64,000 nt of DNA from a virus. Its lineage: Duplodnaviria > Caudoviricetes. The notes beneath the pieces were generated by a model. It ran no database searches, was not told the DNA's origin, and saw only the letters and a program-made list of their open reading frames with translations. This document shows, in pieces, positions 47,325 through 57,525 of this stretch (the first letter of the stretch is position 1; each line of letters starts with the position of its first letter). The stretch spans positions 59,604 to 123,603 of IMG/VR virus record IMGVR_UViG_3300035520_000607; one strand, written 5' to 3'. Both the position numbers and the translations under genes were made by a program.

Positions 47325-48719
47325 TTATTTTCTACTATCTCTAGTATGTCTTAATGCGGCAATATATCCAGGAACATCTGTTCCTTCATTAGTATTAATG
47401 TTATAAGTTACAACATCTGTATCCGCATTTTCTTCTTTTTTAGAAGTTTCATCTAAATTGAAGTTTACTTTCTTTCTTACACAAATAACAGAAAGTTTAG
47501 CTTCAATATCTTCTAATGAATAACTTGATTTATTTGCAATGACATCTGCTTTATCTTCATCAGACAACATATAGAAACTATTAATTAAAGTATCTTTCTT
47601 TTCATCTTCAATTTGATTTTTAAATTCAACTAAAGCTTGATACTTAGTTTCAAGATCTGAGTATTCTGCTTGCAACTTTTCATAATTAGTTTCTAATAAA
47701 GAATATTTATCTTCTTCTTCTTCTTTATCATCTTCTGAGTCTTCAGGATCTTCATTATCAGATTCTTTATCTTCGTCTTCTTCTTTTTTTGCAAAAGTTT
47801 CTTGACTAGATTCAACTTCTATAGAATTATCATTATCTGCTAAAGCAGATTGATCTTCATTGTCCACTTCATTAGAAATTTCTTCTTCTGTTTTTTCTTC
47901 TTCTTCAACTGTTTCAACAGCTTCAGTAGTTTCTTCTTCAACAGGAGTTTCTAATGTAGTTTCTTCTTCGACAACTTCAGTTTCTTGAATTGTTTCAGTT
48001 TGTTCTATATCCATTTTTTGTCCTCCTTCTAATGCAAATTTTAGATCTTGCATCATAGTGTACAATGTTCTTTTGAAATCATTATCTATTTTAGAGAATG
48101 TGTTGCTTACTTCTGGTGCGGTAATGCTTGAGCCTTCAAAGCAAGGTTCAACATCTTCACCTAAAATACATAATTTTGAAAATATCGCATCATTTATAAT
48201 GAAAAAATCCATACCTGTTTTGCTATCTGTTGACCAATGTCCATTTAAATTTTCTTCATCTAATTCCATAGATTGAGGTTTACCCTCTTCAATAACAGAT
48301 TTACACTCTTCGTATTGACCTGTCCACAAATAACCAGTAGTCATTAAATATTCTCTAGTAGTGACATTACCAAATTCGTCTGTATCATCAAATTTTTGAA
48401 ACCAAACTTTTGCATCTGGTGCAACGAATCCATAAGGTTTTGTCATACATTCAAACTTAACGCCTTCATCATCAAAAATGATTTTTTCTCCATGATCGGC
48501 AAAATCTTCTTTCTCTTCTTTGTAGTATCCAACAATTGGAGCTCCTCTAAGAGTTTTCGCCATCTCAGTAGCTACATCTTTTGTAATATAACTATGGTTT
48601 CTATTTTCACCTAGGTATAAGACTTTTATTTCACAGCTACTCATTAGCGGATTAATTTCTAGCGGTTGTAAATTAATAAACTCAGGAGAATCAATTGTCG
48701 CAATTGATTGATGCATCAT
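47325..48719 (-). CDS. Prohead protease/scaffold fusion
   Basis: N-terminal NRN.S.I, PIVG, H, QSME, LCILG..VEPCFE; long acidic coiled-coil C-terminus. Confidence 0.78.
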   Translation of the reverse strand: MMHQSIATIDSPEFINLQPLEINPLMSSCEIKVLYLGENRNHSYITKDVATEMAKTLRGAPIVGYYKEEKEDFADHGEKIIFDDEGVKFECMTKPYGFVAPDAKVWFQKFDDTDEFGNVTTREYLMTTGYLWTGQYEECKSVIEEGKPQSMELDEENLNGHWSTDSKTGMDFFIINDAIFSKLCILGEDVEPCFEGSSITAPEVSNTFSKIDNDFKRTLYTMMQDLKFALEGGQKMDIEQTETIQETEVVEEETTLETPVEEETTEAVETVEEEEKTEEEISNEVDNEDQSALADNDNSIEVESSQETFAKKEEDEDKESDNEDPEDSEDDKEEEEDKYSLLETNYEKLQAEYSDLETKYQALVEFKNQIEDEKKDTLINSFYMLSDEDKADVIANKSSYSLEDIEAKLSVICVRKKVNFNLDETSKKEENADTDVVTYNINTNEGTDVPGYIAALRHTRDSRK

Positions 48720-48812
48720 GTGTCATCTTTTCCTTTCTTTATAATTTTCTTCCACTTACATTATAATATAATAATTCGTGGTTTTCTATTATTTACTTTT
48801 GTCCTATTTTTA

Positions 48813-50426
48813 TTAACTTTGAGATTCTCTATTTTGCAAAGTTTTTTCTGAAACTGGTTCGCCTTGTGATTCATTAGTAGGTCTTCCTGCTTCAGAATCA
48901 TTTCCGCTTATTTCCCCATGTCTTTCCTTACGGTTTTGGTTAGCTTGTTCAATAGCTGCCGCATTCATTGTACTAGACATCATAGGTGGAATAAATACAT
49001 TAGCTAAGTCTAATATATCATTTTCAAAATATGCATTTGCAAGAATAGAATTTTGAGATTGACCAAGTGCAATTTGTGGTAACATTTTTGAGAAACCTAT
49101 TTGCATTTGTTCTTTATACAATTTAGCCATATCTTTATAATTATAGATAGTCGTTGTTAATATTTGCGCTCTATAATAATATTTTTTGGCTTGATTATTA
49201 AATTTATTTAATAAAAGATTTAAAAAATCTTGAAATTGAAGTAACAAATTATACATTGCCGCCTCATCATTTAAAATAGATTTCTCAAGAGCTATATTTC
49301 CATCAGTATTAAATTGCATTTGTGAAACACCGGCTTCATTATAGATAGCGCGTTCCACTCTTTCAAGATCATCTGAACTAGATGATGATCTATCATCTGA
49401 CATATCCGCAACTTGAACATCTGCAAAAGTAGTTAAGACGTCAATACCAATAGCTTTACCTAGCATATTTACCGCATTATTATGAAGAGCTTGCGCTTCA
49501 TCTACGTCAAATACTAAGTCGCCATTTTTATCAACTGGCATTTTTTGAATTATTATTTTTAATAATTCTTGTTGCATTTTTTTCTTATCTAAACCTTTTG
49601 CTTCATCTAAATCTATAATTGCGGGAATAACAGATATAAATGCTGGAAAGTCTTCTCCATTTAAATTAAATTTAATAACATTCTCAGTTTCTAGTAAATA
49701 CCAACCAGTAGTATCCCCCGCAAATTGAGCAGGTAATTTGCCTTCTTTGTAAAGGACATAACCTTTTTTAAATTCATTAGGGAATAAATTTAACATTTTT
49801 AATCTTTGAGTAGTATCTTTAAAATAGTCATCAAAGAATCTCATATTAAATTCAACAGCTGGACGATTATTTACTGTAAATCTTGAACGACAGTAATTAC
49901 ATGGTAATTCTTGAACTGTCATTTTGTTTGCCTTAGGAATAAGATAACCATAATAACATCCATTCCTAACAACTTTTAATGCAACCTCTCCAAAGAATTG
50001 TTTAGGTTCAAAATTGTCTAAGTAAAGTAACACATCATAAAATCTTTCTAAAGCTTTACTTTCTATCTTTTCAGTCTCGTCTAAGATATAGGGAGTTACC
50101 ATCCAGTCATATTTATATAAATATGCCATATATCTACATAGACGAGAATAAATTCCGCTAGTTTTGTAAAAGAAGTTAGATATTTCTCTCATTTGAGAAT
50201 AATTACAAGTGTTAATAGCTTTTAAAACTTCTTGTTTATCTCCTAACCTTGGATCAATTTTTTTATAAGAGCTTACATTAAGAGTAGCATCTTCCAAAGT
50301 TTTTGCACCAACTTTAATTTTACTAAAGTCAGCCTCTAAAGGACCTACCGTTCTTTCGGTGTCATTCATAGTTATAGAAAAACCTTTTTTCTTAATCTCT
50401 TCTTTTCTGTTTATCAAAATCGACAC
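48813..50426 (-). CDS. Portal protein
   Basis: 537 aa between terminase and protease; AGVSQ..FN, acidic GRP tail; TTGACA-N17-TATACT promoter at about 50451-50479. Confidence 0.78.
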   Translation of the reverse strand: MSILINRKEEIKKKGFSITMNDTERTVGPLEADFSKIKVGAKTLEDATLNVSSYKKIDPRLGDKQEVLKAINTCNYSQMREISNFFYKTSGIYSRLCRYMAYLYKYDWMVTPYILDETEKIESKALERFYDVLLYLDNFEPKQFFGEVALKVVRNGCYYGYLIPKANKMTVQELPCNYCRSRFTVNNRPAVEFNMRFFDDYFKDTTQRLKMLNLFPNEFKKGYVLYKEGKLPAQFAGDTTGWYLLETENVIKFNLNGEDFPAFISVIPAIIDLDEAKGLDKKKMQQELLKIIIQKMPVDKNGDLVFDVDEAQALHNNAVNMLGKAIGIDVLTTFADVQVADMSDDRSSSSSDDLERVERAIYNEAGVSQMQFNTDGNIALEKSILNDEAAMYNLLLQFQDFLNLLLNKFNNQAKKYYYRAQILTTTIYNYKDMAKLYKEQMQIGFSKMLPQIALGQSQNSILANAYFENDILDLANVFIPPMMSSTMNAAAIEQANQNRKERHGEISGNDSEAGRPTNESQGEPVSEKTLQNRESQS

Positions 50427-50493
50427 CTCACCTTTCTTCTTTACTCTTTAAGTATATCATAAAATTTTAGGTTTGTCAAATTTAATTAAATTA

Positions 50494-50862
50494 TTAATAA
50501 CCACCTAAAGCATAATATGCATTCATAATATAATCATAATTAACTCTTCCTTCATCTGTATAAGGAATCGCAATTAAAATAAGATTATGTCTTTTACAAT
50601 ATTCTCTCTTTTTCATATCATTAAATTGTTGTTTTCTCAATCCAGTGTATCCACCAAATTTACTTTTTGCTTCATAATGTTGAACTCCTTGGTATTCTAT
50701 TAAAAAACTCAGTTCTCCATCATCATCAAAAACAGCAAAATCAAATCTGAGCGGGCGCCCGCTAGAACTAACCAAATCAGGAAAACTGTATTCTTCTTGA
50801 AATTCAAAACCAGCTTGTTGAAGAATTTCTTCTATTTTTATTTCTCCACGACTTGCTCTCAT
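50494..50862 (-). CDS. PD-(D/E)XK/Vsr-like endonuclease domain protein
   Basis: SRGE..I...L, LRFDF, IEYQG.QHY, D..KREYC....L..IPY. Confidence 0.8.
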   Translation of the reverse strand: MRASRGEIKIEEILQQAGFEFQEEYSFPDLVSSSGRPLRFDFAVFDDDGELSFLIEYQGVQHYEAKSKFGGYTGLRKQQFNDMKKREYCKRHNLILIAIPYTDEGRVNYDYIMNAYYALGGY

Positions 50863-50969
50863 TCTTTCGCCTCCAATCAGCTAAGACATGATATTTTAAA
50901 ATATTTTTTAAATATTTCTATTGTTATTTTAAATTACTTTTAGCCAAATAAAACAGCTTTGGCCAAAGA

Positions 50970-52715
50970 CTAACTAAAAAACATCATGTCTGCGATACTA
51001 TGTTTCTTTCTCTTCTTTCTTCTATCATCTTCTTGTTTAATATAATATAATCCATATTCAAAAGCAGAAAATTTATCTTTTTTGATTGCTCTTGAAGATT
51101 GCTTTAAAATAATATTTACACCTTCATTTTCTTCTACTAAATTCATCATTTGCTCTTTTAAAATAGTAGTTAAAGTAAATGGAAGTAAATATTCTGCTCT
51201 CTTATCTGCAGTCATACTTTGCCCCATCTTAGTAGCCATTAATTTTACTTTAGCTTGATTTTCATCAATTAAGAATTTAATTTTTCCACTTGAAAGTTGA
51301 GATTGTGCATAAGTATGAGCCTCAGTATTTATTGGCGCATTAGCTTTTATTAAATACATAGCGTCTAATTCAGTATTAGCAGTTTTAAATTGTTTAAACT
51401 CTTGTTCCCAACCTTCATAAGTAGCGCCGCACACTCCAAAATTAGGTAAAACTTCTCCAGATTCAGGATCTATTTGATCAGTTACCATAAAATCTACTAA
51501 TCCACTACCTAAACCATTGGCATCTATAACAACAGCTTTAGCCTTGTATCTATAAAATAATTTTTTAATATTTAAAGCTTGAATACCAAAATGCTCAGCA
51601 TCTCAAGTATAAATATTAACAAGAGTCTTCAATGAGGATCCTTGAGCTTGCGGAGTTACTTTAAATACACAACACTCTGTAGTACAATCTTTACGTCCTA
51701 CATCGACTCCAAGAACATAATAAGCTCCTTGAGAGGATCTTCCGCTATATTCATATTCTGGTTGTAATAACACTCTATGTTTATCAAATTTTTCAGCTGA
51801 GAAGAAAGCGTTTTCCGCATCTCCGCTTCATTCAGATTCATACTCTCTTGAAAATGAAGCATCATTATAAGTACCATCTAATTTTAAATTAGTAATAAAG
51901 TTTTTAGGTTGTAAGCCTTCAAGAACTGGAATTCTCCAAGTTCCGCCTAATACAATAGCCTCATTAGGGTCTATTATTTGTTGAATAAGTATTTGAACTA
52001 ATTTACTGTATGCAAAACTATTTTTCCAACCTGCAGTAGTAATGTAAATTTGACTTTTATTAGCTACTTCTTCTTCATGTCTTGTTCCATCTGAAAGTCT
52101 TCTATCTACAACCATTGTTGGTATGATAACTTCGTTCAATAGTGTTTGATCTATTAAGATACACTCTTCCATTAAACCCCCAGTTGCACGTTTACCACGA
52201 GATGATTGTTGTGCGGCCATGATATCTAATTTACTACCATTCTTAAATAAATATTCAACTTCATTTTTTGAAGATTTAGAAGCACCTCTTGTTCAGTCAA
52301 TTTCATTTTTTAAACCAGGAATTAATTTACATAACTCTTCTGCTTTTTCTTTTGCTATTCCCGCAGCTTGCTCTTTTCCACCTGTTGTTACGAAGAAATG
52401 TGAACCTGGGTATAATATACATTTAAGCATTAAAACTAATACAGATAAGAATGATTTAGAATAACCACGAGGAAACGTAGCATAAATATATCTATGACGC
52501 ATTGCCGCCCTTAAAAATATTCTTTGATATGAATGTAAATGGAAATTCTCTGGATTATCTCCGCATAGAAATTCAACAAAAATATCTGGATATTCCCTTC
52601 AAAAAGCCACGTAATTTCTTAATACAGGTATTTGCGCCTTAATACGTTCTTCTGATAATCCAGTCTTCTTATTGGTTGAAGATAAAGACAATTCCATTAA
52701 ATTAGCTAAGGACAT
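50970..52715 (-). CDS. terL: Terminase large subunit, 581 aa (TGA=Trp at 52599, 52293, 51828, 51603)
   Basis: AF*REYPD, Walker A PRGYSKS, RGKRA..GLMEE, YITTAG, REYESE*, RNaseH-like VLGVDVGR, IDANGLG, KDKFSAF. Confidence 0.92.
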
Positions 52716-53910
52716 TTTCTTCATCCTCTTTTCTTTGCTCTTCTACACTAGCATAAAATTCTTCATAATCTTTATCTACAAGTTGATCCTCATCCATCTC
52801 TTCAAGAGACATATCATCTGTTTCACCCATCTCTTTTTGAATTTGAATCTTCTTTAAGGCATCTTCTATTTGTTGACCAAAACCTAAATCTTCTGTAACT
52901 AATTTATTAACATAAGTATTCATATCTTTTAAAGTTAAATCGATTTTATCTTGAGGAATATCTGTTGCATATCTAGGGATAAATCCTTCTCTCTCACACA
53001 TAGCAACTAATTCTCCAACAGAGTCTACAAAATCATTCTTTTGCTCTTTGTTTTGAGCGGCAGTAAACTTTGCGGATTTTCTTAGTGATTCAGACACTTT
53101 AGATAATTTTTGATAGCCTTCAATATCTCCATTGTCAAGACATTGATTCATTTTTAAATTAGTTTTACAAATTAATATTAAAGTATTAGTAGTATCCGCA
53201 TCTTGAATATCAAAAGAATTAGTCATATTAGTATAATCTTTCTCTAGCATAATCCATTCGTCAGGTTTATACATAGCTCCCCACTTCATAGCTAAAGAAA
53301 TTTTATCTTCTTGAGTAAGTTCGCTTATTAAATCATTCATTTGATTTTGAACAATTATTGTGCTCTCATTATAATATTTATCTTGCGGAAATGCTTGTCC
53401 TTGATTTAAAACTCTAGATATACCTATTTCCGCATTTTGCGTTTCCGCACTTATTAAAGTTTTATATTCAGCTTCGCCTATTTCTCCATTTTCATACTTT
53501 TGTTTAATCTCTTCTTCAAAAGCAACTCTCTCTTCAGTTTGAGCTACTTGAGTTTTCTTTCTTTGTTCATTTAGGCGATCAGTATCTGCCCAACCATATT
53601 GTTTTCCAGTAACTTTATCTCTAAACTGATTTAATTTCATTTTAGAAAGGTATTTTCCAAAGACAGAAGTTCCATTTAAATTAGGATTTTTAGCAAAAGC
53701 TTTATCTCTTATTGAGTTCCATTCTTCAGGAAGATAAGGGACATCCATTTTTTCTAATAACCATAAAAATGTATTAGGATCAAAATTATCAATGTGCATT
53801 GTCAAACAGTTTTTACACATCTCAGTTTTGTCTCCATTTTTATAAGTGTAAAATTTGGTATCCGCATCCATCATTCTTCCACATTTTTGACATAATTTTT
53901 GTTCTGCCAT
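52702..53910 (-). CDS. Zn-finger protein upstream of terL (terminase small subunit candidate)
   Basis: CQKC...CKNC N-terminus; overlaps terL start. Confidence 0.55.
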   Translation of the reverse strand: MAEQKLCQKCGRMMDADTKFYTYKNGDKTEMCKNCLTMHIDNFDPNTFLWLLEKMDVPYLPEEWNSIRDKAFAKNPNLNGTSVFGKYLSKMKLNQFRDKVTGKQYGWADTDRLNEQRKKTQVAQTEERVAFEEEIKQKYENGEIGEAEYKTLISAETQNAEIGISRVLNQGQAFPQDKYYNESTIIVQNQMNDLISELTQEDKISLAMKWGAMYKPDEWIMLEKDYTNMTNSFDIQDADTTNTLILICKTNLKMNQCLDNGDIEGYQKLSKVSESLRKSAKFTAAQNKEQKNDFVDSVGELVAMCEREGFIPRYATDIPQDKIDLTLKDMNTYVNKLVTEDLGFGQQIEDALKKIQIQKEMGETDDMSLEEMDEDQLVDKDYEEFYASVEEQRKEDEENVLS

Positions 53911-53927
53911 TTTCCGCTACCTCCTTA

Positions 53928-54998
53928 CTATTTTTTATTTCTACATTCTTTACAAATGCTATACCAGCCATCTTTTGATGTACTATTCTTTGAAAAGAAA
54001 CGATTAGTAGCCAATTTTACTTTTCCGCATCTAGAGCATTGTTTCCAATTTCCTTTTTCTTTATAAGTAAAATGCCAATCTAAATAATCTTCTTTTGCTT
54101 GTTCCGCAAGTAATTTAGGTATTTTATTTCTCCATAATGATGATAAATATTCAACAGAGTGTCTAACTCCAAATTCTCTATCTAATAGATCTTGGATTTC
54201 CGCATTAGAACGTCCATCAGTTTTATAAAGCAATAACTTATAATAAAGCGGATATGCTTCTTTTAAAGTCTCTTCAATTAAATTATCTAAATCTAACATT
54301 GTGTAATATAAATCACTGCTAAATTTTCCATAAGAGTCTTCTTTTAATGCCGCATAATTACGCAATAGCGCAGAAATATGAGTCCAATTAAAAAATGATA
54401 TAATGCCATCGCTAATTGGCTCACCAAATTCATTTATTTCTATATGTTCAGTTAAATCTACTTTTGATAATCCTTTAAAAGGATTTCCAGTAGGGTTAGA
54501 TGTTAAAGGTTGTTTTATTGTATTTTTTATAGTATATTGTTCTTGATGCATTTCTATTAGTTGTTTTTTTAATAAAAAACGCTTTTTACCTGTTGCTTTT
54601 TGTTCCATTTTCTCAACTGCGGAAATACTATCCTTTAAAGCGCGAAGGTCTGCCATTGCCGCCAAATCCGCATCTGTAATTGATACCTTAGGAGTTAAAA
54701 GTACATTTTTATCATTTATTATTAAATTATATATTCCATCTTCGCCATTCTCAAATTTACTTACTAATCCTTGATATGAAGTTTCTCTTTTATTTATTGT
54801 TATCATTCTATTGTCTGTAATAATCTCTTTTTTCTTTTTCTCTTCAGGAGTCATTGCAGTTACAATATAATTTGCTAGATATTCTAAATATTTTTTATTT
54901 TTAAATTGTTCTTGTGGTAAGTTAGATACAAAATCAGCTCTTTCTTTTGCTGTCTTTAATGTAAAATCTAATTTTATATTTATAGATTCTTGTTGCAT
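53928..54998 (-). CDS. Hypothetical protein with HTH-like segment and C-terminal CxxC Zn finger
   Basis: GRSNAEIQDLL HTH-like; CSRC...CKEC. Confidence 0.65.
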   Translation of the reverse strand: MQQESINIKLDFTLKTAKERADFVSNLPQEQFKNKKYLEYLANYIVTAMTPEEKKKKEIITDNRMITINKRETSYQGLVSKFENGEDGIYNLIINDKNVLLTPKVSITDADLAAMADLRALKDSISAVEKMEQKATGKKRFLLKKQLIEMHQEQYTIKNTIKQPLTSNPTGNPFKGLSKVDLTEHIEINEFGEPISDGIISFFNWTHISALLRNYAALKEDSYGKFSSDLYYTMLDLDNLIEETLKEAYPLYYKLLLYKTDGRSNAEIQDLLDREFGVRHSVEYLSSLWRNKIPKLLAEQAKEDYLDWHFTYKEKGNWKQCSRCGKVKLATNRFFSKNSTSKDGWYSICKECRNKK

Positions 54999-55040
54999 TC
55001 TGCTTACTCCTTTCTACTCTTTTTGTTTTTCTACATTTAC

Positions 55041-55119
55041 ATTATAGCACAAAAAATTTACAATGTCAAGGGTAGATTTGAAAAGTTTTATTGATTACTA
55101 TAAAAATTTTTTATATAAT
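55041..55119. promoter_or_regulatory. Divergent sigma-70 promoters at the strand switch
   Basis: Minus TTGACA-N17-TATAAT (55041-55069, with TG); plus TTGATT-N17-TATAAT (55091-55119). Confidence 0.7.
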
Positions 55120-55162
55120 ATTATTGTAATTAAAAAGAAAAAATATAAAAAAGAAAAAGTGA

Positions 55163-55978
55163 TTGAATATGGATATAATGAGAAGAGCAAAAGAACATTA
55201 TAATTACCTGATTTCCGCAGGTTATGACGTCATTTGCACTTGTCTGCAAGGAAGTCAAAACTATGGATTAGATGAATATAGTCAAGAGTATCAAAGTGAT
55301 GTAGATACTAAAAGTATTATTGCGCCATCTCTTGACGATATGATTAATGCATCGCCGCCTATTAGTACAGTTGAAATTTTAGAAAACAATGAGCATGCTG
55401 AAGTGAAGGATATCCGCATAATGTTTGAAATGTTTAAAAAAATGAATATTAGTTACATTGAGCTATTGTATTCGGATTATATTATTATTAATCCTAAATG
55501 GGAGGATTATATAATTGAGCTATTCGGCATGCGAGACCGCATTTCCGCATTAAATAAAAATCAACTTTTAAGATGTATTGCGGGAATGGCTTATGAAAAG
55601 GAGAAGGCGCTATGTCATCCGTATCCTGGGATTATTGATAAAATTGAAAAATATGGATATGATGGCAAACAATTAAGTCACATAATTAGATTATTTATTT
55701 TTATGAACAAATATGTTAATGGTTTACCTATTAAAGAATGTTATAAAATAAAAACTGAAGAAGCAAGAACTATGTTAATAAATTTAAAGAAACAATTAGA
55801 TTGGCTTAGTAAGGAAGATGCGGTTAAGCTCTCTAGAGGCTTTGTCGAGGGTATTAAGGTTTTAAAGGATGCTAATCTATTGCCGCACGATGAAGTAGAT
55901 AAAGAAGTTATTGAGATTTTAAATAAAATTAAATATGATATAATAAAAGAAAAAATGCGCAGAGCACTATCGTGCTAA
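55163..55978 (+). CDS. Pol-beta-superfamily nucleotidyltransferase (RlaP/Nuc-transf type)
   Basis: GSQNYGL...SDVD catalytic motif; YDGKQLSHIIRL. Confidence 0.8.
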   Translation: MNMDIMRRAKEHYNYLISAGYDVICTCLQGSQNYGLDEYSQEYQSDVDTKSIIAPSLDDMINASPPISTVEILENNEHAEVKDIRIMFEMFKKMNISYIELLYSDYIIINPKWEDYIIELFGMRDRISALNKNQLLRCIAGMAYEKEKALCHPYPGIIDKIEKYGYDGKQLSHIIRLFIFMNKYVNGLPIKECYKIKTEEARTMLINLKKQLDWLSKEDAVKLSRGFVEGIKVLKDANLLPHDEVDKEVIEILNKIKYDIIKEKMRRALSC

Positions 55979-55996
55979 AGAAAGAAGGAATTTAAT

Positions 55997-56152
55997 ATGG
56001 CAAGAAGAAAGTCGCTAAGAATAAGTACACATTTATTACCTACACCTAAAAAGATAGTTAAGAGAGGGATTTACGAAATGGTTTCCGCCGCAACAGGTGG
56101 AAATACTAAACCTAGAGATTATGGGAAAAGAATAAGAGAAGGGAAATATTAG
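55997..56152 (+). CDS. Small basic protein, 51 aa (not in track)
   Basis: AAGGA RBS, MARRKSLRISTH...EGKY*. Confidence 0.55.
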   Translation: MARRKSLRISTHLLPTPKKIVKRGIYEMVSAATGGNTKPRDYGKRIREGKY

Positions 56153-56153
56153 T

Positions 56154-56339
56154 ATGTTAAAAATTTTGATATTACTTTTTATTAGTATAAGTATGTTTCT
56201 TGGATCAAGAGCTGCAGCTATGGGAGATTTATCTTTTAAAGAATTAAAATGGTATGATAAAATAATTAGAGTCTGCTTTTATGCGGAAATGGGTTTAGAA
56301 ATGGTATTATTAATTCTTATTTGGTGGGAGATATTGTAA
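56154..56339 (+). CDS. Small membrane protein
   Basis: Two hydrophobic segments in 61 aa. Confidence 0.6.
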   Translation: MLKILILLFISISMFLGSRAAAMGDLSFKELKWYDKIIRVCFYAEMGLEMVLLILIWWEIL

Positions 56340-56576
56340 TTTGAAATTGAAAAATGATTTGGAAATTTCTGTAATTTAGATTTGAAAAATAACTTGGAGA
56401 TTTTTTTGTCGAGATCATACCATTTTTTAAAAAATTGTCAAAAATTTTCCCAAAAACCTACCCCCACCTTTACTTCCTATTCTATAAAAAATTTTTCTGG
56501 TACGCTATGTAGTAACCGCAAAGAGAATCCCTAAGCAAACGCTTCAGCACTCTCGTCTTCTATCAATGCTTTCCAC

Positions 56577-56600
56577 TTTACATGTAAATTTACATGTAAA
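56577..56600. repeat. Tandem palindrome TTTACATGTAAA x2
   Basis: Further copies at 57549 and 59859, TTGACATGTAAA variants at 57646, 57704, 57743. Confidence 0.8.
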
Positions 56601-56744
56601 CAATTTGACAATCAAAAGTTCAACTTTACACATCATTTACATTTTCCTAAATTAAAAAATAAAATGTAATTATTATTACTTTTCTATTGACTCTATTATT
56701 CTATTGTGCTATAATTAAAATGTAATAAGGAAGAAGATGTTAAA

Positions 56745-57236
56745 ATGAAAAAAAGATTATTCTTAGACATGGATGGTACAATAGCAAAATTTAATAGTAA
56801 AAGAAATGCACTTGCTAGATTTGATAATGAAGTAGGATTCTTTTCAAGTCTTAAACCTTTTGCTCATTTAGATAGTATCAATAGTATGATACAAAATAAT
56901 GAAGTAGAAGTGTATGTCATTTCCGCAAGTCCGAATGAACAAGCGGATAAAGATAAAATGACTTGGCTAAAAAAATATTTACCAACACTAAAAGAAAGTA
57001 ATGTTTGTTTTTGTAGATTAGGACAAAACAAAGCACAAGAAATAAAGAAACAATTAAACATTACTATTGATAGTAATTGTTATCTATTAGATGATTATAC
57101 TAAGAACCTAATCGAATGGAAAGATAATAAGGGCATTGGAATAAAAAGACTAACTTCTCTTGCTGATAACTCAACTAAGAGATGGACAGGATTAAACATT
57201 AAAGACTTAAATCAGTTGTCAACTTTACTAATTTAA
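56745..57236 (+). CDS. HAD-superfamily 5'(3')-deoxyribonucleotidase (NT5C-like)
   Basis: LFLDMDGT motif I, ISA motif II, K..WL..YLP, LLDDYTKNL. Confidence 0.85.
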   Translation: MKKRLFLDMDGTIAKFNSKRNALARFDNEVGFFSSLKPFAHLDSINSMIQNNEVEVYVISASPNEQADKDKMTWLKKYLPTLKESNVCFCRLGQNKAQEIKKQLNITIDSNCYLLDDYTKNLIEWKDNKGIGIKRLTSLADNSTKRWTGLNIKDLNQLSTLLI

Positions 57237-57318
57237 AATGCGGAAATGGGGTTGACAATGTTAAGTCTAGGTGCTATAATAAGTATGTAAGATAGATAAG
57301 AAAAGGAAGTTGATTTAA

Positions 57319-57525
57319 ATGAAAAAACAAAGAAAACATTATTTAAAAGAAAGTGTTGAAACAACATTAGTATTAATACAAACAATGATTATTATCTTTT
57401 GTGGTATGACAATAGATAACATAGGTAACAACTTGTATGATAAAATGCTTGTTGCTTGTATAATAATCTTTATACTAATTTATAAAATATTATTAAAATA
57501 TTCAAGAACTTTCAATGAGATGTAA
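57319..57525 (+). CDS. Small two-TM membrane protein
   Basis: 68 aa, own promoter and RBS. Confidence 0.7.
   Translation: MKKQRKHYLKESVETTLVLIQTMIIIFCGMTIDNIGNNLYDKMLVACIIIFILIYKILLKYSRTFNEM

Noticed and set aside
50870-50966. Additional copy of the GGNC late-promoter motif upstream of the endonuclease
   Set aside because: TTGGCC/TTGGCT are present but the TAA and final block are off-register
5008-52715. Fragmented structural genes read as pseudogenes of a decayed prophage
   Set aside because: All breaks examined are TGA, never TAA/TAG or frameshifts, and they fall at Trp positions; recoding explains them
50970-52715. Intron- or intein-split terminase
   Set aside because: The gaps between track ORFs are in-frame terminase sequence (e.g. 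VLGVDVGR), giving a normal 581-aa protein
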